Shown one piece after another: positions 6,469 through 15,445 of a DNA stretch of 24,673 nucleotides. The stretch is from a virus (lineage: Duplodnaviria > Caudoviricetes): the IMG/VR virus record IMGVR_UViG_3300020044_001744, positions 1-24,673 of that record; one strand, written 5' to 3'. The translations under genes were made by a program, and so were the position numbers. A model generated the notes under the pieces. That model was not told the origin of the DNA. It ran no database searches and worked only from the letters and a program-made list of their open reading frames with translations. Every line of letters begins with the position of its first letter. Positions within the stretch are counted from its first letter, which is position 1.

Positions 6469-6742
6469 GAAGCTACTTGAGATTGTGCGGGAATCACCCT
6501 GTCAGATCTGCGGTGCGCAGGATGGCACGGTGGTGGCCGCTCATTCCAACCAACAACGCGACGGCAAGGGCATGGGACTCAAAGCCCACGACTACCGTAT
6601 TGCGGCCTTGTGCTACACCTGCCATGCCAAGATGGATCAGGGCTACGAATGGTCAAAGGACGCTAAGTTTAAAGCTTGGGATGAAGCCCATCTCAAAACC
6701 ATTGGATGGCTTTTTGAGAGGGGTCATCTTACTGTGACTTAG
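6455..6742 (+). CDS. DUF1364/YbcO-like zinc-binding putative nuclease
   Basis: MYRNKKLL...PCQICG...VVAAHSN...GKGMGLKAHD...LCYTCHAKMD. Start at ATG 6455 rather than 6290. Confidence 0.75.
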   Translation: MYRNKKLLEIVRESPCQICGAQDGTVVAAHSNQQRDGKGMGLKAHDYRIAALCYTCHAKMDQGYEWSKDAKFKAWDEAHLKTIGWLFERGHLTVT

Positions 6743-9700
6743 AAATCTCTTTCTTGAAGAGCTTGATCTGAGATGTCAGTTGGTTCTGCGCCTCAGTCAG
6801 CTCACTGATTGCGTCCTTCTTCTCTGCGCCTGTCATGTCAGAACTACGCACCTGAACCAACGCCTCACGCAGAGCCTTCATCTCAGACTCAATAGCCTTG
6901 ACGTAGTCTTGGGCGGCAAACATCGGGGCGTTCTTGGTCATGTACGCCTCAATGTCCTCAATCTTGCCTGTACGCTCTAACAGATTAACTGTACGGACAA
7001 CTTCATCCACAGAGTTCTTCAGATCATAGTACGCAGACACTGTACCCTTGGCCGCTTTATCCACCGCAAACCTCTTGATGATCGGCATCTGCTCAAAGCG
7101 TTTGTCTGCTTTGGGTGATGCGTCGTTAGAGCTAAGGATAGAGTCAACCGCGTCCACAAGGTACATACCCATCGTTCCCGTGTAGCCTTGGATGATGTGA
7201 TCAACCTTCATGGGGGATACGCCTAGACTGTTGCCAATCGACTGCGCAATCTTTGTTGTACTTGGCCCAACTTGATACTCGGGGGCTACACCCTCCATAC
7301 CCTGACCGACGATGGGGCGACCGGTAAAGAACGAGTAGTTTGTACGAGCCTCTTCCAACGGCAGGAAGGTCTGAGGTATGGGGTTAAACGCAAAGGTGGA
7401 CTTAAGCGCACGACCCATAGACTCAGACAAGTCTTTACCTGTGTCATTGCCAAACGAGTACTCAAGGATCCGCTCAGGTATGACTTTAAACAGCACACCC
7501 ACCTCGAATGGGGTGGGCACACGGATACCAGCGGCAGGGAGTAGCCAATTGTTATCCCGCACCTCTTGCTCTTGACGGATGTACTCTTCGTCATCGTGAG
7601 TCAGGAACCAATACATGGTTGTCAGAGCGGTCAGAGTTGCACCACGGATAAAGAAGGTCTTCTGCAAGGCTTTCTGTTGGTCTGTAGGACTCTCTCCAAA
7701 GAAAAGCTTGCGGATTGTTGGGCTGACACCGGCACGGTAGAACACATCCAAGCCCTGCATACGAGCGTTCAAGAACGGCACAGCGGCTGTCAGGATGCGA
7801 ACGATTGCCAAGTTACCCTTGCGGTTAAAGTTCATCACTTCCATCGCACGGTAGATGGCTTCGGCTTCGTTGCCTGTACGCTCCATGACAGACTTGTAGA
7901 CTGCCATACGGGTAGCGGCATCAGATGCCTCAGTACCACGCTCCAAGCCTTCCCATAGGGAGTTGAATGGACGCAGACCCTTCTCTACACCTGTCTGTGT
8001 GCCTGTCGCTCTACGCAGTCTCTTGCCAATCAAGTCACCGCTGGTCTCTACGTCCTGAGCAAACTCATAACCACCGATGACACCGGCTCTCTTCAAAGCT
8101 AGGAAAGCGGGGTCTTTACCGCCAATCGCAGAGGCAAAGTTGGAGATAGTTGAGGCCACAGGAGTCATCTTGTGACCGCTAGTCACCCATGCAGACAAGG
8201 AGTCACGCATCAAGTTAGCCATCATGAAGCCCGGATCTTTTGTCACCAAGTTACGCAGTGCATTTGCAGGCGCAGACAGGATGCTTAGGAACGGCAACTC
8301 AGGTATGTTTAAACTCTTAACAGCGTCAACAAACAATTGATCGGCAACTTCGTAGGACACGGGCTTTCCGTTCTCCAACACCGTTACAGTTCCGGGACGG
8401 GCAGTTTGCTTGTCTAAACGCACAGCTTCATCAAGTTGGACAGCAATACCAATCGCTCTTTGAGCGGCAGTGTTCTTCATGCCGGCTTGTACTGCGGCTT
8501 GAGTGTTGCGAACAATTGTTTCAAGGAAGTCTGCCAACGGGGCTTCTTGCTCTTCTTTGATGCCTTTAAGCTTCTTAGGCGGTTTAACACCGGAGATGCT
8601 TTGGAAAATCTTCGGGCCAAGGGTATCTTGGCCTTCAAACTGACGGTAGAACGGAATGTAGTCCGAGTACCTTGTGTACTCTGCGGCACGTTCAGGCGAC
8701 AGAACACCTGTGGCAACTTGATAGGCTACAAGCCCGTCGTTGTATTTAATCCAATCTGCCTGTACCTGTGCAAACTCCGGAAACTTACCGGTAACGTTAC
8801 CCTTGGCATCTACGTCGCAGAGGGATTTTGCATACGCAATTTCAGCGGGCGTATAGGTGTGGTCACGTCCACTAGCCAACAAGCGGGAACCACGTTTAGC
8901 ACCAGCCCAAAACTGATAGGTCTGGTAAATACGTGGGTCGCCTGTAGCGGCCAATGGCTTGAGAAGTTCTAACGGGCCTTTGACGGATGTGTCGATGGTT
9001 GTATAGCCGTTCTTGAAGACGGGGATACCACCTTCTCCGCTCATGCCGATGGCTTGAGACGCAATTGCATTAGCGTTGTCAGACATCAAAGCCGCAGACT
9101 CTGCGCTTGCATCAGCTAGGAGGGCGGGGCCACCCATCTGCTCAGCAAGGCGCTTGTCATATGTGCTTAAACGCTGATAACGGTTGAGCCATTGCTGGCG
9201 CAGCGCATCTACAGTGTCAGGTGTAAACGCTTGGAATATGCGTTCAATGAAGCCCTTTTGCTCCCGCTTAGTTGCAAGGCGGTCAATGGCTGCGTTTAAA
9301 GCATCACCGTTTGGCAGCTTGCTGACCTCGTCTTCAATGTTACGGACGCTGTACTTGAGAGTTGGCAATGGTTTGACTTGGTAGTCTTCCACGCTTTCTT
9401 CGCGTGTAACAGGCATGGGGATAGATGCGTACTCGTTAATTGCACCTTTTTGAGCGTAGATACGCTCAGGCCACTGCTTTACATAGTCAAATTTATCAGG
9501 GTCATTCTGTTCAGACCAACGAATGTCACCCCTTAAGACGACGGGCATTGTCTCTTTGCCTTCAGCAAGCAAGGCACGGGCACGGTGTCTTCCCTCATGA
9601 CCTGTCACACGCAGACCATCCTCGTATTTCTCATATACCTCAAGGTATGGGATAGTCGTGAATTTAGTGCCGGATTTGACGCGCTGTTCGGCATCATCCT

Positions 9701-12700
9701 GCTTGCGCTTGGAGTGACCAAATTCAGCCAACTTCAAGAAGTCGGTGATGGGCATACTGACAAGCTTCTCTTTAGATTTATATCCTTGCTCAGAAACATC
9801 CGCTACCACGGCGGGATCAAAGTTGTCGGTGGCATCACGCAGGCTGTAACGGATGTCAGGATTGGTAGCGTCGTATGTACCTACATTGCCTGTGACAGAT
9901 TTAATCTGCTCCGAGTCATAGACTGCAAGGTTTTTATTACCGCCTTCTCTAACATAGAAGCCATCAAATTTTGCGGCCCTGATGGCCCCTTGAATGGTGG
10001 GGTTCTCAATGGTTTTCCAACTTCCATCCTCGACAGCCTCACGCCACATGTCGGAATTTTTTAATTTAGCCATTACCCTATTAACATGCTCTGAATTATC
10101 AAAGTCAAAAGGATCCTGTGCGCTAACATAGACAGGCATTACATTTTCGCCCGTCTCCAAATATGGCTCAACAAATTTGGCAATATGGTAATCAATGCCA
10201 TATTTACTCATGTTGCCATTGGTCATGCCGGTTTGATAGGCGTATTGGGCATCTGCTTTGTTAAGAACGCCATTAGCTACAGCCAGCTTGGTGGCTTGCT
10301 TTAAGACCACATCTTTAATTTCATCGGGTAACTCTTTGAGTTTTTCCTTAACAATGTACTCCTTGGACATGTCTGCAAAGCCTGCGGCAAAACGAGGGTT
10401 GTCCGTAACAAAAATTGCATTTGCTTGCTTGGGTTTAAACTCATCAATATCGCGGGCAGTGCCGTGGTACATAACCTTTGGTCGGTTAAATACATCAACA
10501 ATTTTGCTTTTACCAAACCATTTTTTAAACTCAGGTGTATCAGGAGCCTCACGCAGACTCATCTTGGCGATGGGGATAACCTTCTTAGAAGACTTAAAGC
10601 CAAACTGCGCTTGATCCAAGATGGTGACAGACTTGCCGTCCCGCTTAGGATCGTACTCAACAAAGAAGCCTTCAGTCTCTTTGGACGCAGTCTTCTCCTT
10701 TAGCGTAGACGCTTTGTTACGCAGGCCAATGATCATGCCCTGTTTAAACAGATTGCCGTCTTCACCGGGCTTAGGATCTAAGAACCGGGCATCGTAGTTA
10801 TCACCGTCCCAAACTTGGTACGTCTTGCCGGTTTCTTCATCCACAACCGTGTCGGGCAGGGCGCTCTTGCTTGAGAATGCCATAGCCACGTTGTCGCCAC
10901 GATCCAAGCGACCACGCATGGAGTTCCAATTGTTGGTTTTGTGGGATACCTTCTCGCCAGCAATGATCTGACCCACACCTGTGGAGCTATATGTCAAGTG
11001 GTGGTTGTCAGCAACCTTGTCACCGTTTAGCTTGGTGTAGTCATAGAACATCGTGTCAGGATGTGCTTCAAAAATAGGCAACCACATCTTGGGGCGGAAA
11101 TCAGATGTAACGTTTAAACGGATAGCAGGCTGATAGACTTCCTTCTCGAGGGTCTCCATTGCGCCTGACTCTTTGTTCTTCTTGCGCTCAGTTTCCTTAG
11201 CCGCCCACTTCTCAAACATAGAGATCTCGTGGTTCAACAGAACCGCAAACTCTTCAGGGTGAACGACCAACGCCTCAGTCTTGAGGTACTGCATCATGCG
11301 TGGGCCTGCACGGAAGGCGCTCTTCTCAATGCCTTGAGCATCTTCTGATGCCGCACCGCCATACAAGAAGTTGCCACCGGATGTCTCGCCAAGGCACAAG
11401 CCTTCGCAGATCGCAGACTGTGGGCAAGAGCTGAGCTTCTCAGTAATCTGCTGGGCAGAAGCCAAACCAAGACCCATAGAGGCAACGCTCTTGTCGCCTT
11501 TGGTCAAGCCGTAGTCGCCTACACGGGTCTTCTCTAACTTACCGTTCTCGCTGAGCAACGTGCCGATGTTGTGCTCTCGCTTGAGCAGCCCGCGTACTTG
11601 CTTTAAACGAGCCTTCTGGTCTGCTGGGGACATGTCGTTGTACTCAGCCACAGCATCACCCATACGTTGAGCCATGTCTGCGTCAGAGAATGTGTCAACG
11701 ATGCCTTCCTTGCGGGACTTCTGAATGCTAGACAGATTCATCTTGCGGTTGAAGAACTCGCCCTGTGCGATTGGCACATAGAAGTCTTTACGACCGTCTT
11801 TATATTCCACGTCATCAATCTGAAGCAGGGACGGATTGATGTTTAAAAGCACTGTGCTGCCGTCAAATTCTTGGTCAAAGTTGCCGGAATTATTGACAAT
11901 CTTGCCACCGTTAGATTCGTTGGTCAGATAGATGCGTGAGCGTCCTTCTGCAAGGATCTTCTTAGAGGCGTTAAGCTTAACTGCGTTGTCCTTGGTGGTG
12001 TGGTAATACACCGTGACTGTGCCATCCTTATTCAAAGGAATGCCAAGGACAGGATCAATGCCGTACTTGTCTGCGGTCTTGAGGGAGAACTTCGTGGCAG
12101 GAGTGTTTAAAGGCAGATCTAAACGGCCTTCAGATACGTATGGCAGGATGCCGTTCTTCAGGGCGTACTTGTCAGCCTTCTCTTCGTCTTCGGGCGTAGC
12201 CTTCCATGCGTTCTCTTGGGATGGGATGTTCTTGGGAGAAGCTTTAAGTTTGCCGGCTTCAATTTGACCAAAGATATCCTTGTAGCTTTGGAAGCCACGG
12301 CCATGCAAATAGTTACTCAAGGCATCAAAGAAGTTGCGCATCTTATTTAAGAGCGCAGTCAACATGCCCGCAGGAGCTTTGGAAGAATCAAAGTCGCCAA
12401 ATGCATCAGCGATAGCTTCTTCCTGAATGTCAAACTCAGAAAGACCAAGCTTTTGGTATGCCTCATAACGAGTCACAACCGTGCCGTCTTCAAGCGTAGC
12501 TTTCTTAGACTTCAGGTACTTGTTAACCCATTCTTCCCTAGCCATGCGTTGCAAAGCTTTCCACTGCTGAGGAGTGAAGAAACCAAGTTCCTTCAAGGCG
12601 TGTAGCGCCTCATGGCGCATAGTGCGGATAGGGTTCTGCGCATCGACTGCAAGTTGAATAACCTTGGCGGCATAGGAGCCGTCGGCTTGGTTATCAATAG

Positions 12701-15428
12701 CCTTGACAATCTGTAGAGCTACGTCGCCAAGACCAAACTTGTCCAACGTCTTGCGCAGATCTGCAACCTTCTGTTTGGACTCAGGTGTCTCAGGTACAGG
12801 CTTCTCTTGCTCAATGGTTTGAAGGACTTCAGAAGCTTTCTTGCCTGTGGTGGGAGGTGCACTACGGCGACGGTTCTGTTCAGCCGCCGCACGGTTAGCC
12901 AAGCCACCAAACTTCTTATCAGACACCAAAGCATCAAGAGCTTCGTCTGACAGGTCGGCAAGAATGCTTTCCTCTGCCGCTTCACGGGTTGGGAATGTGC
13001 CCGTCTCTTTGCCTTCTTTGGTGATGGTAAAGCCGGTACGGGCGACAGGTTTAGATCCAACAGGCTTAGATACAAGCTTGGCTGTTAAGTTTTCAATTTC
13101 TTTGTAGAGAGCATCGATGCGCTTACCAAGGAGATCTTCCTTGGCGGCTTGACGTGTTCTCTTCTGTTTGTACAAGTCGCTGTCAAAATCCCCAGCGGCT
13201 TCCATCTTCTCAAGCTCACGTTTGCCTTGATTGACCGTGTCTTCGTACTTCATTACCTCTTGAAGCTTTTCAGCGGCAATCTCTTGGCGGTCTGCGGATA
13301 GCTGATCAATCTTGCCCTGCACCGCCACTTTATCCAAAACAGTGGGGAACGGTTTACCGCCAGCTTCGGAAGTAATTTGGTAGCCTTCAGGCTCTTCACC
13401 CTCTTTAAACTGACGCTCAGTGATGTCATAACCTGCGGGTAAACCCGCACGAGGCTTAGATGGAATAACAGGCGCAGCTTTAGGAGCTACTTGCGTCAGT
13501 GTTGCTTCACGTACGTTTAAACCTTGCTTTTTAGCAGCAGCATCCGCTGCGGCTCGTGTTGGGTACGTTGAAACAAGCTGGTCGTTCTCTGGCTTGTATG
13601 TTCTGTAAACGGTCTGTTTACTTTCAGTAAGGTCGCCGCTCTTGATCGCAGTATCAAGTACTGCACGGGCATCACGGTCTGTCTCAAGGTTAGTGGCTTC
13701 CTTGATCTCTTCAAGGATTGTGTCCACTGACAAGGGTTTGCCGCCACGCTCGTCAAACGTCAAGCCAACCATTTTGACTGCGTTGTTGTACTGAGACTGT
13801 TTAAACCTAGATGCGTTAGTGCCTTCTGGCAAAACAATCTGCTGCCCGGTCAGGTTGGCAGGCATGTCAGCCAATGCTTTAAACGCAGCATATATCTGCG
13901 GCTCAGACATTTCTTGCAGGTTGTCTACACCGGTGGTGCGGGCAAGGAAGTCATTAAACCCCTTGGTTCCCGTTGCAATGTTCTTTTCAATAGCGGCATT
14001 CTCTACGTCCTTGGCCGTAAAGTTCTGCTCACCGGTGTAACCTGTTTTGGCGGCAAGGATAGAGTCCAAAGCGGCCTTCTCGCCCTCTGGATTCACCGCA
14101 GTCATTGCGTCCTTTACGTCCTCAATAGAGTATGTCTTGAGACGTGGCAGTCCGTTGTCTTTGCGGTACTGATTGAGATAACTTGTAATTTCAGGGCCAA
14201 GCTCATCGGGTGTGAGGTTGCCAATAGGGTTCTGAAGCGGAGGGGCTTCTTCTTGAGGGGTGATAGTAGATGCAGGGGCAGGGAGGGCTAAAGGTTGGCC
14301 GGTCAAGCCAAACTGTTCTTTAGCTTTATCAAGCTTGGCTTGCTCAGCCGCAATGGCTTCGCGTTCTTGTTTTGCGTATTCTTCTTTGGCCGCCATCTCG
14401 TTGGCGACAAACTCCTTACGCATAGAAGAAAGCTTGGCAGGGGAAGTGACTGCGCCTAATCCACCACCTATTAAAGCGTCGTTGATAGCTTGGGCAGCTA
14501 CGCCTTGCAGTAAGTCTGTGGGGATGCCTGCTTGAGTCAGGGCGACGTTAGTACCAACCTGACCTGTAGAGGCTTGTAGCGCCTCTGGCAACGCCTCTTC
14601 CAATGTATTCCTACGCAGAGCCTGTCCAAATGTAGGCTCAGGCAAACCTTTAGCGGCTTTATCAACTTTAGGAGCGGCACGACCAAGGGATCCAAGCGCC
14701 CGCTCAATACCAAGAGCGCCTTCTAAGCCACCAACGGCACTAGAAGCAAATTGACGTGGCAAGTTCTGTAATGAGTATTCTGCGGCCTTTTGAGCCAAAC
14801 GTTCTGCTTCAGGCTCAGAGAAGCCCTTGGCAAGCAACTCTTGCTTAACCACTTCATAGTCTTGGCCTTTCTGACCGCCAAGACCCATCAACGCACCGAT
14901 ACCGGTGGCGGGATTCTTAGCGGCAGACAATGCTCTAGCGCCCATGCCAATACGACCCGCAGTTGCGGCGGCGGCGGCAGGAGGAGCCAAAAAGCTACCC
15001 GCAATAATAGGTGCGCTAGAGAATAGAGCTTGAATACCGGCTTGTAGGGGAGCTTCAGACAAGCCACCCAAAACAGCTTTAATCTCTTCAACAGTATTGC
15101 CTTCTGCGGCTTTCTTAATCTCTTCACGACGAGCAATCTCGGCCTGACGCTCGGGAGTCATTGACTCACCGGCGGCTTGTTGGATGTCTCCAAGGAATTT
15201 AGAGGCTGTATTGCCTGCGCCTGCAAGGTCAGTTAAAGCTTTAATACCACCGGCCAATCCTTGACCTGCGGAGAGGGCTAAATCTTTAGTAGAAAAGGCG
15301 GCAGTCTTAGGAGGCGGTGCATTAATCTGACTCTGTACGGCTTGCCATGCTTCGTCATCCGTTAAAGGGCGTGGGGAATCTACACGGAACCTTCCCTTGC
15401 CCGGGACTGCAATTTCGTACTGAGGCAT
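6729..15428 (-). CDS. large polyvalent virion/ejection protein (zincin peptidase, ART-like, GP88-like, ART-PolyVal, ParB-like and LPD38 domains)
   Basis: 2899-aa ORF, last gene of the virion module. HEALH at 12600-12614 plus EEAIADAF. YYHTT...IYLTN at about 12008. C-x5-C-x3-C at 11394-11426 with IRLNVTSD and FYDYTK. FKKWFGKSK...YHGT at 10458-10469. GHEGRHR at 9582-9602. FNRKG...PFLNARMQG...IRVPTPFEVG near the C-terminus. Confidence 0.9.
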   Translation of the reverse strand: MPQYEIAVPGKGRFRVDSPRPLTDDEAWQAVQSQINAPPPKTAAFSTKDLALSAGQGLAGGIKALTDLAGAGNTASKFLGDIQQAAGESMTPERQAEIARREEIKKAAEGNTVEEIKAVLGGLSEAPLQAGIQALFSSAPIIAGSFLAPPAAAAATAGRIGMGARALSAAKNPATGIGALMGLGGQKGQDYEVVKQELLAKGFSEPEAERLAQKAAEYSLQNLPRQFASSAVGGLEGALGIERALGSLGRAAPKVDKAAKGLPEPTFGQALRRNTLEEALPEALQASTGQVGTNVALTQAGIPTDLLQGVAAQAINDALIGGGLGAVTSPAKLSSMRKEFVANEMAAKEEYAKQEREAIAAEQAKLDKAKEQFGLTGQPLALPAPASTITPQEEAPPLQNPIGNLTPDELGPEITSYLNQYRKDNGLPRLKTYSIEDVKDAMTAVNPEGEKAALDSILAAKTGYTGEQNFTAKDVENAAIEKNIATGTKGFNDFLARTTGVDNLQEMSEPQIYAAFKALADMPANLTGQQIVLPEGTNASRFKQSQYNNAVKMVGLTFDERGGKPLSVDTILEEIKEATNLETDRDARAVLDTAIKSGDLTESKQTVYRTYKPENDQLVSTYPTRAAADAAAKKQGLNVREATLTQVAPKAAPVIPSKPRAGLPAGYDITERQFKEGEEPEGYQITSEAGGKPFPTVLDKVAVQGKIDQLSADRQEIAAEKLQEVMKYEDTVNQGKRELEKMEAAGDFDSDLYKQKRTRQAAKEDLLGKRIDALYKEIENLTAKLVSKPVGSKPVARTGFTITKEGKETGTFPTREAAEESILADLSDEALDALVSDKKFGGLANRAAAEQNRRRSAPPTTGKKASEVLQTIEQEKPVPETPESKQKVADLRKTLDKFGLGDVALQIVKAIDNQADGSYAAKVIQLAVDAQNPIRTMRHEALHALKELGFFTPQQWKALQRMAREEWVNKYLKSKKATLEDGTVVTRYEAYQKLGLSEFDIQEEAIADAFGDFDSSKAPAGMLTALLNKMRNFFDALSNYLHGRGFQSYKDIFGQIEAGKLKASPKNIPSQENAWKATPEDEEKADKYALKNGILPYVSEGRLDLPLNTPATKFSLKTADKYGIDPVLGIPLNKDGTVTVYYHTTKDNAVKLNASKKILAEGRSRIYLTNESNGGKIVNNSGNFDQEFDGSTVLLNINPSLLQIDDVEYKDGRKDFYVPIAQGEFFNRKMNLSSIQKSRKEGIVDTFSDADMAQRMGDAVAEYNDMSPADQKARLKQVRGLLKREHNIGTLLSENGKLEKTRVGDYGLTKGDKSVASMGLGLASAQQITEKLSSCPQSAICEGLCLGETSGGNFLYGGAASEDAQGIEKSAFRAGPRMMQYLKTEALVVHPEEFAVLLNHEISMFEKWAAKETERKKNKESGAMETLEKEVYQPAIRLNVTSDFRPKMWLPIFEAHPDTMFYDYTKLNGDKVADNHHLTYSSTGVGQIIAGEKVSHKTNNWNSMRGRLDRGDNVAMAFSSKSALPDTVVDEETGKTYQVWDGDNYDARFLDPKPGEDGNLFKQGMIIGLRNKASTLKEKTASKETEGFFVEYDPKRDGKSVTILDQAQFGFKSSKKVIPIAKMSLREAPDTPEFKKWFGKSKIVDVFNRPKVMYHGTARDIDEFKPKQANAIFVTDNPRFAAGFADMSKEYIVKEKLKELPDEIKDVVLKQATKLAVANGVLNKADAQYAYQTGMTNGNMSKYGIDYHIAKFVEPYLETGENVMPVYVSAQDPFDFDNSEHVNRVMAKLKNSDMWREAVEDGSWKTIENPTIQGAIRAAKFDGFYVREGGNKNLAVYDSEQIKSVTGNVGTYDATNPDIRYSLRDATDNFDPAVVADVSEQGYKSKEKLVSMPITDFLKLAEFGHSKRKQDDAEQRVKSGTKFTTIPYLEVYEKYEDGLRVTGHEGRHRARALLAEGKETMPVVLRGDIRWSEQNDPDKFDYVKQWPERIYAQKGAINEYASIPMPVTREESVEDYQVKPLPTLKYSVRNIEDEVSKLPNGDALNAAIDRLATKREQKGFIERIFQAFTPDTVDALRQQWLNRYQRLSTYDKRLAEQMGGPALLADASAESAALMSDNANAIASQAIGMSGEGGIPVFKNGYTTIDTSVKGPLELLKPLAATGDPRIYQTYQFWAGAKRGSRLLASGRDHTYTPAEIAYAKSLCDVDAKGNVTGKFPEFAQVQADWIKYNDGLVAYQVATGVLSPERAAEYTRYSDYIPFYRQFEGQDTLGPKIFQSISGVKPPKKLKGIKEEQEAPLADFLETIVRNTQAAVQAGMKNTAAQRAIGIAVQLDEAVRLDKQTARPGTVTVLENGKPVSYEVADQLFVDAVKSLNIPELPFLSILSAPANALRNLVTKDPGFMMANLMRDSLSAWVTSGHKMTPVASTISNFASAIGGKDPAFLALKRAGVIGGYEFAQDVETSGDLIGKRLRRATGTQTGVEKGLRPFNSLWEGLERGTEASDAATRMAVYKSVMERTGNEAEAIYRAMEVMNFNRKGNLAIVRILTAAVPFLNARMQGLDVFYRAGVSPTIRKLFFGESPTDQQKALQKTFFIRGATLTALTTMYWFLTHDDEEYIRQEQEVRDNNWLLPAAGIRVPTPFEVGVLFKVIPERILEYSFGNDTGKDLSESMGRALKSTFAFNPIPQTFLPLEEARTNYSFFTGRPIVGQGMEGVAPEYQVGPSTTKIAQSIGNSLGVSPMKVDHIIQGYTGTMGMYLVDAVDSILSSNDASPKADKRFEQMPIIKRFAVDKAAKGTVSAYYDLKNSVDEVVRTVNLLERTGKIEDIEAYMTKNAPMFAAQDYVKAIESEMKALREALVQVRSSDMTGAEKKDAISELTEAQNQLTSQIKLFKKEISKSQ

Positions 15429-15445
15429 GTGTCACCTACTAAATA

